DNA of 63,257 nt, the filler included, from Licmophora abbreviata (taxonomy: Eukaryota), in the NCBI GenBank assembly GCA_900291995.1. It is 9 parts of 9 records of this genome, joined end to end, with 100 filler letters (N's around TTAATTAATTAA, not from the genome) between each part and the next. Parts side by side here need not be neighbours in the genome. Positions count along the whole stretch, not along the records: positions 45,881 to 54,642 come from OLMU01005687.1; positions 54,743 to 60,852 come from OLMU01005689.1; 7 more parts are not named here. One strand, given 5' to 3'. Below the pieces are notes generated by a model. The model did no database searches. It was not told the DNA's origin and saw only the letters and a program-made list of their open reading frames with translations. Below are positions 48,769 to 58,559 of this stretch, in pieces (positions within the stretch are counted from its first letter, which is position 1; every line of letters begins with the position of its first letter). Position numbers and translations under genes: made by a program.

Positions 48769-49568
48769 GAGGTCGTGTGTCTGAATCTGCCTGTTTTGAA
48801 TCGCTCGAAACTTAAATGAATCGATTCTTTTCAAAAATAGGTCGCGGACGATGCTATGACTGCTATGAGCGGGTCGAAATTAAAGAAAACGGGGACTGAC
48901 GGTACAATCTCGCGGTGTCTTCGGTCGTCTTCGCGGGGGTGTAGACACTACAACGAGTCGAGTCAGTCAGTCTGCTACATATCATACCTGCCACCATGAC
49001 GATGTGGTCTGTCTGAAGAAGACGCACGGACAGACGGATCGTCGAAAAGAAACCCGGTGTCTGAAGTGTACACTTCGACGCTCGACGGGCGCGAGAATGC
49101 GCGCCGGGCGGCGCCTCGACGACTGTTTCGCGAAGTTGCGTTCACACTCGCGATCGATCGCATTATCGAACCATGACGAAGAACGGTATCATAAAACGAT
49201 AATGCGCCTATCCACCGAGTCAACCAAACTTGAATGAGGATGGTACGAAGAAGGGGAGTCAGGAAAGAACGAGTGGCGATCGATCCGGTGGGGCGTCAGA
49301 ACAGTGTGCTCATGAACCAAACATGCAATAAATATTGGGACATATATTACTAATATTCTAAATTTCGGACGATTCCATTCCCGAGTCCGACGTGTTCTGT
49401 GTGACAAATTGTGTACGCATTTTTCACACGGTTCACGGACCGGTTCACGGTTCATGGATCACGCAACAAAACTCAACACTTATTGTCTCTCTTCATCACT
49501 TCTTCTCGTTTATCCTCTCACTGGCATTACAACAACACTTGAGGTGATTCACCTCGACACTGATTGGA

Positions 49569-52190
49569 ATGAACAGCAAGGCTTCTCACTCGAGAGGCCC
49601 GAAATGGACCCTCTCGGCCACTGGACCCTCCAAGCCAGAAAAACCACGCCGTGCAGATCTAAAAAAGTACTCGCCCAAGGAGCCTTTGATTCGGTTGCTT
49701 TCACTATTCGAGAAGAAGATTCGACTGCTTCTCATTCTTGGTCTCTTGACTCTCCTCTACGGTCAAACGTGGGCGGTCAGGCATCTGGGCCGGTCAAAAC
49801 TTGAAGATCCTTTTGAGCATCCTGGCCGCTCTTTGGACCTAACCACCTCGTCTGACGCTCAAAGCATGAGAAGCGAACAGTTCGAACCACTCCCGGATGC
49901 ATCTGTTGGATGCGGCAATTCTGAAAGGAAAGTGGATGAGATTCAGCTTCATGTTCTCGGATGGCGGAGAGGAGAGTCGCTCGGAGCGCTTCTTGGTCAA
50001 CTCGAAAACTCGGACTATGGAAACTGGGACGTCCCAGTTCCATTGCACATTCATCTCGACGGTGAAGCCTCAGAGGACGTGATGAAAGTAGCAGACAAAC
50101 TTGAATGGTCACATGGGCCGAAGCACCTTGACATTCGCACCGAACAGACAGGCCTTCGTAACATGTGGCTGACTTCAATGGCACAGGCAGCAAAGGAAGC
50201 GGGAGACAACACTCTTCTCCTGTGCTTCGAAGACGACTTGCAGGTTTCGAAAGACCATTTTCAATGGCTTCTTGCGCTTATTGATGCCTACGGTCGGAAC
50301 CCAGACTGCCGCGACTCCAATCTCATGGGATTCTCACTCAGCCCAAACCGCATTGAAGAGATGCGCAAGCCCTTTACTCGCTGGGATGCTCGTCAGTCGC
50401 CGGGATTGCAGTTCGCCGCCAATGAAACCAGACACGCCGCATACTTATCAGCATTGCCAGGAAGCTGGGGAGCTGCCTATTGGAGTGACAGATGGAACGA
50501 GTTTGCAAAGTTCACCGAAGTTCGTATGAGCCCGCCATACTACGACGTCCATGCCGAAGCCCAGGCTGAACCAGGACACTACGATGACCTCCAACTATCA
50601 CCGAGAGAGCTCTTCATCCCTGACGCTCGCAGCAACGTATGGCCCAAGAGCTGGAAACGATTTATGGTGGACTTCATGTATGCCCGAGGCGCCGTGATGC
50701 TTTATCCCAATCTTCCCAGGGAGACAGGATTTGCCAGTACATTGGCATTAGAGGGTGAGCACGTTTGGAGTACCACGAAGTCTACGAAGAGTAAAAACCT
50801 AAGAGTTGCTGCACTCGAACGAACTATGGACATAAGCAAACTGGGCGTTCTCCCCTCATACGCGGACTTGCGCGTCCTGGATCTGCACTTGGAGCCGACC
50901 ACCAGAGAAAGCCTAGCCGAAGATGGTATATCATTCTTGGGTACGATTCACGATAGTTGCTCGGAATGCGACAATCTTCTCAGCGTTTGGGCAACAACAG
51001 AAAAAGCGTACCGGTCTCACACCAATGGTAGCAAGAAGCCAACCATGTGCTTCCCGGATCTCTATATGCCGGCGTCCGCGATGCAAAACAAACCAAGCTC
51101 ATCGCGGTCCTCACAGAAATATCTACTGATGGAACCTCAGTTCGGTGCGAACAATCAGATCTTTGCAATCGTTGAAGGCCTATTTTGGGCTTGGACACTC
51201 GGTCGACAGTTGGTTCTACCACCAATCTTTGTGCCCCGCGTCAAGGACTTTCTTGGTACTCTTTCGGAGGAATGGCCACGAACTGAAGACCTCTTCGAGT
51301 TAATGATCGGGGACGATAGTGCAATGCGGAATCGATTCAAGTCGCTTCCTCCTCCCCTACCGCCTATTGGATTCCACGAATGGAACAGTCAGCAACATTC
51401 TGTTCCTCGAATTGTTAGATTGGCTCGGGATGGCATATGGGATAAGTCCACCTACATTTTGATGACAGAGCTAGAGACGAGGTCCGCTGAGAATACAACG
51501 ACGGACGTTGTCGAAGTCGACCTGACGCATCTATTTGAAGGAAAATTTCCCACAAGCTCTGATCTCCAGCACTACTTTGGTGGGTGCGACGACGATGTAC
51601 TTGCGTTTCAGGGCATTTATTTTGTCAATGTTAAAGGTTTCGACAAGTACAGTGCCATGCAAGAGCTACTATCACTAGCACCTCGCACCAAGTCGATATT
51701 CTCGAAGGTCAAAACCCACCTTCAGGAAATGCTGGGTAGTGACAAGTACATGTGCATGCACGTCCGGTACGGCGACTTTGGTCCGATGTGCAATGCAGCG
51801 GAAACGGGAACATCCGGTATTAAGTTTTATGACAAGCTTGCAGAAGATGGCTTCTCGTGTGGTGTGACACCAGAACAGGTTCGTCACGTAACACAGACTT
51901 ATGGATTGCCAGCACTGGTGATGAGCGACAGCGATGCAGCGCTTTCATCGAGTCTGGCTGACTTGCCGATGCCTTCAGTTTCATCGGAGTGGGTGAAGAG
52001 AGCCGTCGTGCAAGTAGTCCCAACAATGGGGCAAGCCCAGCTCGAGGTTCTATCAGTAGCCCTTGAGCAAGAGTTGTGTTCTGAGGCCGAGGTGTCAGTC
52101 CTCAACAGATTCAGCACCTTCAGTAAGCGGGTACAGTACATGAGAAAGGATAGCAGTGGGGAGACTCTGTTTTGGAAGAAGGACATGTAG
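49569..52190 (+). CDS. Type II membrane two-domain glycosyltransferase (GT-A domain + O-fucosyltransferase-like GT-B domain)
   Basis: N-terminal TM. Domain 1: VLGWRR.SL..LL, FEDD, SWGA, SWKRF, MLYPN. Domain 2: GANNQ...LGRQLVLP, MHVRYGDF, MSD, EQELC, STFS. Intronless, 873 aa. Confidence 0.85.
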   Translation: MNSKASHSRGPKWTLSATGPSKPEKPRRADLKKYSPKEPLIRLLSLFEKKIRLLLILGLLTLLYGQTWAVRHLGRSKLEDPFEHPGRSLDLTTSSDAQSMRSEQFEPLPDASVGCGNSERKVDEIQLHVLGWRRGESLGALLGQLENSDYGNWDVPVPLHIHLDGEASEDVMKVADKLEWSHGPKHLDIRTEQTGLRNMWLTSMAQAAKEAGDNTLLLCFEDDLQVSKDHFQWLLALIDAYGRNPDCRDSNLMGFSLSPNRIEEMRKPFTRWDARQSPGLQFAANETRHAAYLSALPGSWGAAYWSDRWNEFAKFTEVRMSPPYYDVHAEAQAEPGHYDDLQLSPRELFIPDARSNVWPKSWKRFMVDFMYARGAVMLYPNLPRETGFASTLALEGEHVWSTTKSTKSKNLRVAALERTMDISKLGVLPSYADLRVLDLHLEPTTRESLAEDGISFLGTIHDSCSECDNLLSVWATTEKAYRSHTNGSKKPTMCFPDLYMPASAMQNKPSSSRSSQKYLLMEPQFGANNQIFAIVEGLFWAWTLGRQLVLPPIFVPRVKDFLGTLSEEWPRTEDLFELMIGDDSAMRNRFKSLPPPLPPIGFHEWNSQQHSVPRIVRLARDGIWDKSTYILMTELETRSAENTTTDVVEVDLTHLFEGKFPTSSDLQHYFGGCDDDVLAFQGIYFVNVKGFDKYSAMQELLSLAPRTKSIFSKVKTHLQEMLGSDKYMCMHVRYGDFGPMCNAAETGTSGIKFYDKLAEDGFSCGVTPEQVRHVTQTYGLPALVMSDSDAALSSSLADLPMPSVSSEWVKRAVVQVVPTMGQAQLEVLSVALEQELCSEAEVSVLNRFSTFSKRVQYMRKDSSGETLFWKKDM

Positions 52191-52676
52191 CCCCCAGCTT
52201 GCGTCTTCCACGGTCCTCGGACCGTTTCTATTCATACTACAAACTGTACTCCTCGTAGATATTTGATAATGACTTCTCGTACTTCGTCTTTTCCTTTGCT
52301 GGTATGGGCTGTAAATAAGTATCGGTAGCTACGAACAGCCAGGTTCACCCATGCACCGTAGTGATAGCACAGAACAGGATCGGCCCCTTACCTAGAGGTG
52401 AAGACTTCATTACTTTATAGCGTCGGCGTAACTTCGCGAGGAGAACACGTATCATACGGGCATGGTCGATGCGACCTCGTACTTACTTTTTTGCCCAAAG
52501 AGCGCGCATGCGGCGGCGACACTTTTGTGAGAGCGGCGCCGTTCATGCGCCTGCTGTCTCGCTGTGCTTATCTTCAAAGCTTGTCCGTAGTCTAGGCCGG
52601 TACTTTCTCAACTTCTTTTCGTTTTCGCTTGTTGCCCGGGTAGATTGCACGAAATAGCGCAGATTTACTAGGGGAT

Positions 52677-53838
52677 ATGTTCCTGTCCTGTAAAAAATTC
52701 ATTTTCGTCGCTTTTTTCCTTTTCTGTTTGATTGCTAGCAAGCCGCACTTCACGACGAGCTTGTCCACTACCGGCATGAGTAGCAGCAACGACAAAATGA
52801 CAATGACAAAAAAGACATCCCTCGGAGGACCGACACTCAAGTCCCTCGCTACCAAAGCGGCTGAAGAGGACAATGAACGTGCCCCCGATCTCTCTGGAAT
52901 TCTGTGGCTGGAGCACATAAATCTCGTGGTCGGTTGCAAGGACCTAGCCTCTTATTTCTATCTTGACGTGCTGGGTTTGACCAGAGACGCCGGGGGGAGC
53001 TTCCATTTAAATATTGGACAACAGCAGCTGCATTTAGCCCAAGTGGAAGGCCAATCGGCCCAAAGGATCACAGGAAGTATTGGACTTGTCTTTCCGAATC
53101 TCGACAGCCTCCGGGCGCGTGTGAGGGAAGCAGCGCACGACGATCGTCTCAAGGATTCAGAATTTCGTATTATAGATGATCTTCCTGACTGCTTGACGCT
53201 ATCCTGTCCATGGGGGAATCGTCTGCACTGCTACTCTGTATTGGATGATGACACTGCTTCGGCAATGCAGTCGTCTCAGAAAATGGTCAACTTGCATGCT
53301 TCCGGCGGTGCGTACGGGCCTCACCGAATGGCAGTTCGAGGACAGCCCGGCATTCGTTACGTAGAAATTGCTTGTCCTGTCGACACGGTGAAGTCCATAA
53401 CTCGATTTTACAAGGAGCTGCTGGGGTGTACAGTGTCCTGTACTAGAGCCAGCGGTACTGCGAATGATGAAATAGCTCCATCATCCGTAGTCGGAACGAT
53501 CTGCTTTGGTCCCGGCGTGCACTTGGTCCTTGTTGAAGTGGAGAACCTGTCGACGGCGGATTTAGATGCTATGAAGGGTGTGCACCTCTGTGTTTACCAC
53601 AATTCCTTTGAGACTCTATATCAACAATTATCATCCCGCAACCTGATATGGACCAACCCGCGCTTTACCCACCTGGACCGCTGCGATACTTGGGAGGAGG
53701 CGAACAGCAGTCGAACTTTGCGTTTCCAGGATATTGTAGACCTGGAGACGGGCAAGAAAGTGTTGGAACTGGAGCATCGAGACGCGGTCTTTGAGGCACG
53801 GGCAGTACTTGAAGGTTCCAAACTACAATCCTGTCTAG
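52677..53838 (+). CDS. VOC/glyoxalase-superfamily protein; frameshift near 53778
   Basis: LEHINLVV, FYLDVLGL, IGQQQLHL, CPWGN, FYKELLG, GVHLCVY. Removing one base gives the C-terminus LELEHETRSLRHGQYLKVPNYNPV. Confidence 0.8.
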
Positions 53839-54283
53839 CTTATTATGAATAAATTGGAGAACAAACTTGAACGAGTAGTACCATTGCCGCTACATACACA
53901 GCCGCATCATGACACTGCGAGAGGACGTCGGAGAAGCTGCGTGGACTTACGCTATGACCATTATGTAGTACTGTAGCGAGAAGTAATGCTGCGAAGTTCA
54001 TTGTTTCGTTGTGGAGTGAGCGCCTTCCTCATTCTTCCATGATTGGCAAGAGGTTGTCAGTACACGAGCTCCAAAACGATAGAACGCGCGCACTATACCG
54101 CTTCATCCGATGACGTCACGTCGTTTCACGGTTCACTGACGAATTTTCTTGAGATTGCACGGCAAAGGTCGCAGCTCAAAGCAACGGTAACATTGGCACC
54201 GTTTCTCGTCGTCGTCGAGGATCGGGACAGTCGAGACTTGGTTGAGGAATGGCCTGCCTGGTATCTGCGGCAACGTCATCATC

Positions 54284-54916
54284 ATGGCCGCTCGTTCTGG
54301 ATCTTCACTGTCTTTTCTTCTGCTCGCAGGATTGGCTTCATGCTTGCTGTTGTATTTCGTGGATGTGCAGGTACTAGGAGAACTGGAGAACAGAGGCACG
54401 AGCGACAAGAATCGTTGCAGTGAAGCGACTCCATGGGAACAGTGTATGCATCAGCTGGACCCAGCGTTCGACGCAGACGAAACCCTGCCTTTCTTGCATG
54501 CAGCTCATCCGAGAAACTACCATGTCCCTACACGATGCCCTTGTATCGAATGCGACAATCTACTTCTTGCATCAACGAAAAGCAGGGGGTACCTCCATCC
54601 GATCCCTGTTGTTTGAAGCATATAAGAACATTGTTGGTGCACNNNNNNNNNNNNNNNNNNNNNNNNNNNNNNNNNNNNNNNNNNNNTTAATTAATTAANN
54701 NNNNNNNNNNNNNNNNNNNNNNNNNNNNNNNNNNNNNNNNNNACCCAAATCGAACGGGATCTTGTGAGCATGATGAAATCACGACATGAGAAACGAAACT
54801 CCGAAAAGACAACAGAGGCAGAACGACGAAATCTCGATATGTTTCTAGAGTACATACGGCAGGAGAATCCGTTCGTACAGTCCGAGATTGACTTGTACAA
54901 CTGCGTTGTTGGATGA
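54284..54916 (+). CDS. Type II membrane sulfotransferase, split by the assembly gap; frameshift near 54510
   Basis: TM at the N-terminus; PAPS 5'-PSB motif IYFLHQRKAGGTSIR before the gap. After the gap, an open frame 54743-54916 ends IRQENPFVQSEIDLYNCVVG*, which resembles a sulfotransferase C-terminus. Confidence 0.7.
54643..54742. other. Artificial contig spacer
   Basis: N44-TTAATTAATTAA-N44. Confidence 0.98.
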
Positions 54917-55352
54917 CAAAAGGTTGCGAATCTCTGGAATTCGGCACCAGGTAGTCGTAACAAATCAGGTACGAGTCAACCACGTCCGCGAGTGAGTAGA
55001 GATACTTCTATCCTACCGTACAAGCGCAAAACTGCTGTTGTCACCTACCCCGTCAACTATCATGTAAGGCGACCTATATCATACTCCGTACCCTGTATCT
55101 AATATCGCCTCAGAAGATACCGGGGTTCGAGCGACGAGCTATGGGAGTGGGAAAACCCTCCGTCTGCAACGAGAGTCGAGTCAGTCCAAACTCCAAATTC
55201 CACAAAAATAAAAATTAAAAATTGCCATCTCTCTTGTCGAACTTCGCAACGCATCACACCATGTCGGGAAACCGACGAGACCCTGCCCCCTTTGCCATCT
55301 CTCCTTCCCTTCTCAAATCTTCCATTGTCCTAACCTCCCACTCACTCAAAAG

Positions 55353-56803
55353 ATGAAGAATACGACTCGCATGTCCTCGTTGATGGGAACGTGGTCCGGC
55401 CAGACTCATTTAAAGGCCAAAATTGGACCCTACTCCGTGTCTGCCTACTTTGTCGCCCACTTGCTCCCTGATCCCATGCGTTCGTACGGATGTGTCGAGG
55501 AAGAATGCTCGGAGTTCTTCAATCAGGCATGCGTCATACACGATGATCGAAAAAAATCCTCGCACGAGTGTGTTTCGATGACGGACGGCACCCTCCCGTG
55601 GAGTGATGGTGCGTGGCGACCCAACGAGAGGAAACATGCTCATATTGTGAAATTGTGACTGCTGCTGGTGCTCGTCTTTAAGAAGTATGCTAGTCTCATT
55701 GAGTCTCACATGCCTTGCTTGCTCTGAATGTTTCTTTATTTAGTCTCTGCATTCTTCTACTTTGGCGCGAGAGTCGACGTCGGTATCCCCTTCAACAAGC
55801 ACGTACAACAAGAGCTGGGCGGTTGGGTCGGACCGATCAGTATGATTCTCGCCCAGGCCCCCATCGATGATGAGGTCAACTCTCCCGATACTACTTCTCC
55901 TTCTGCTGCACAAGTAGTCGATCGATACGTCATGCGCTATGTGGACACGCCGTCGACTCCCTACTTGCACATGCCACCGAACTGCTCCTTCATGGGGGTC
56001 GACGACTTTGAAAAGAACTTGGGACGAACGGCAATTCGCAATTCCATCTCGCTGCAGAACGGCACTTCGGCCAGCCAGAGTATGAAAAATGTAACTGCGA
56101 ACGATCCATACCGACGCTATCTCCAGACCTGTGACAATGGGGATGTGGAACCCATCATGCCGCAAATGGAATTTCGCTTCTTGCAAGGAGCAACAGATGA
56201 TGGCAACACGACGCAAGACCGCATTCAAGTCTTGTTGAATTACAAAGTCATGACGGTACCGGACCCGAGCAAACCAATCTATAAGCTGTTTCCCATGGTG
56301 CAGAGCAAATTGAATCAACGTGGTGTTCCTGGATTTCACATTGGAGGTCCCTACTGTTACAAAAATGATCCTAAACGTGGATACACGTTCGATTTGAGCT
56401 ATGATTCATTGCAAGAGTCGGATTATATGGAACTGGTACATGGATGTGTGGACGGGCTCCCGGTGTGTCTTCCGCCTCCGGCAGAGCTGCTGAACGGGGG
56501 CGATACTGAGATGATTACGATACATACTACTGGCACTATCGGCGGGGATGTCTTGTGGATGCTGCTCTGTATCGTATTGACGGTGGCGTTGTGTACGTCG
56601 GCTTTTGCAACTTTCGACAGTGGCGGGGTGGGCGAGTACGGATGGCAGCACAGCAGCCAATTACGAATAATGGCAATGCTGACAATCAGGACGCGCTGAC
56701 GCAGCCTCTGTTGGAAAGCCAGCCGCAGACGGAGGAATCGAAAAAGGGTACAACGACTGCGGAAGAAGAAACTGCACAGTCAGCTGAAGTGACGTTTGTC
56801 TAA
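55353..56803 (+). CDS. Membrane protein of unknown function with C-terminal TM and dileucine-containing tail; frameshift near 56605
   Basis: Intron 55609-55743 joins in frame. TM VLWMLLCIVLTVALCTSAF. One extra T gives the tail ...DALTQPLLE...VTFV. Start uncertain. Confidence 0.65.
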
Positions 56804-56874
56804 GAGGTTTGACATGAATTGTACGATAGAGACAAGGATAAATTGAGCACAGTATACAGTTGCGTAGAAGATGT

Positions 56875-58143
56875 TTACAATACTTCACACTTGGGATAGA
56901 ACCGATAACAGACTGAATCGGCCGTCGTCTGCAGCGTGGCCAGGTCGACTTCGCTCATCGTGCTTCTGCTGCTGGTCATAATACTACTCTGCTGCAGTTG
57001 AATGAGGCGAGGTTCCACAAAGCCATCAGGTGTCATGGCAATCGATGCAACCATGCTGGGTTCATTGGAATGAGACGACGACGACTCGAGAAGTGCTGCA
57101 GCGACAAGATTGCAAGAGTCATTCATCGTACGCGGTCCCTGCTCATGCAGGAGCGTGCGAGCCATGGTCTCAGACTCCTCGTGATGTAGATTCCAAAAGA
57201 GCAACGAACGTGCAGCCGATGAGGAGGCGTCCGGCACACTATTGCCACTACTTCTAGCATCATGAATGAGCTCCGTAATTCCAAATAACTTGTCTTGCGG
57301 AAACAGAGACATCAAGTCGTAGTCCATGTTGGTAATAATGGCACGAGATGGCAACAACAGGACAGCGTCGTAGCTTAGCACACTGCTGCGAGTCGCAGTA
57401 CTGTTCACATTATGAGATTGACTGCTGCTGCTCGAGACAAGCTGTAGCAGTACACGTCGGATGGCACATTGCTCCTCATCCATGACTGCATCGCCGCTCA
57501 GTTCCTCTGGATGATGATGGAGCACATAGTCGAGTCCCCATTGTTTGGCATACGCTCGATTGGGCCGTGAAGTGATTTCAGCAGCTTTGGAAGTACTGGA
57601 GGTGGCCACTTGAGCAATCAAGAGATTGTGAAAGGAAGTCATAGTAGTTTGTCCGTCGGGTGCGATGAGAACCTCGTGCGGACGAGGCTGTTGCGCCGTT
57701 GCATCGGCCGAGCGAGTCGGTGCGTAGTGAAAATGATCCCAGGACCACTGGGGCAGGGCCGGGGCTGATTTTTGTGTTGAAAAGAATCCATTCGAAGTAG
57801 CGTGATGAAAGACCAGGCCGAGCAGCAAAGTCACCCCCAAAAGTACCAACGAGGGGCGTGCAGAGCAGACTCTTGTCGACCAGGAGGTCCGCTTCGAACG
57901 GCGTTTTGTAGGGTACAGAGGCGGCTCGTCCGAAGCCGACGATCCTGCCGTCGAAAAGGTCGCATAGCTTGTCTGGATACCTTCTCCGCTGCTCAGAGTC
58001 GTCGATGAATCGCTGATTGCAGTAGTAATCGAGGATCCTATGGAAGCAGCACTACCGCTGTGCTGCTGTTGGTGGATTGGAACGCGTTCCTCTTTGCTCG
58101 ACAGGGGCGTGGCGAAAAGCGGAGATGTCCAGGACGTCGTCAT
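56875..58143 (-). CDS. Type II membrane protein, GT34 (GMA12/MNN10)-like glycosyltransferase fold
   Basis: TM LVLLGVTLLLGLVF; NRAYAKQWGLDYV, YDAVLLL...IITNMD, LLFWNL. Confidence 0.6.
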   Translation of the reverse strand: MTTSWTSPLFATPLSSKEERVPIHQQQHSGSAASIGSSITTAISDSSTTLSSGEGIQTSYATFSTAGSSASDEPPLYPTKRRSKRTSWSTRVCSARPSLVLLGVTLLLGLVFHHATSNGFFSTQKSAPALPQWSWDHFHYAPTRSADATAQQPRPHEVLIAPDGQTTMTSFHNLLIAQVATSSTSKAAEITSRPNRAYAKQWGLDYVLHHHPEELSGDAVMDEEQCAIRRVLLQLVSSSSSQSHNVNSTATRSSVLSYDAVLLLPSRAIITNMDYDLMSLFPQDKLFGITELIHDARSSGNSVPDASSSAARSLLFWNLHHEESETMARTLLHEQGPRTMNDSCNLVAAALLESSSSHSNEPSMVASIAMTPDGFVEPRLIQLQQSSIMTSSRSTMSEVDLATLQTTADSVCYRFYPKCEVL

Positions 58144-58559
58144 CACTATTGCCTAGCACGACCACTCGACTGCCGAGTCTCAGGGGGACAACAGGCGATG
58201 TACAGCAAGCAATCAACGGGGGTGTCAATGGAAAACCGCCATGGAGGAACACGAAGTGTTTGTTTCGTGATTCTCTCGCCGCGGTGTCACCAACATCCGG
58301 GTGGCTATTGCGTGCGACGGCCAGACTCAAGCGCAAGATTGTCTCGACCTTTTTCACTTTCACCGAACACTCGAAAGGAAGCGTCCGCACTAACCTCTCA
58401 GAACCCCTAGAACATAGAGAGGAGATGCAATTTTCATTATTATCCCATTGTTACAACCATTTTATAACGAAAAAGACATTCCTACGGAGAATCGCCCATA
58501 TCTTGAAACATGAATGTGTCGCGTGGAGTTTGATGACCCTTCACCAAACAGCTTCCTTC

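Noticed and set aside
54108..54122. TGACGTCACGTC (bZIP/aureochrome-like site) upstream of the sulfotransferase
   Set aside because: A short motif that also occurs in coding sequence; a single instance cannot be supported.
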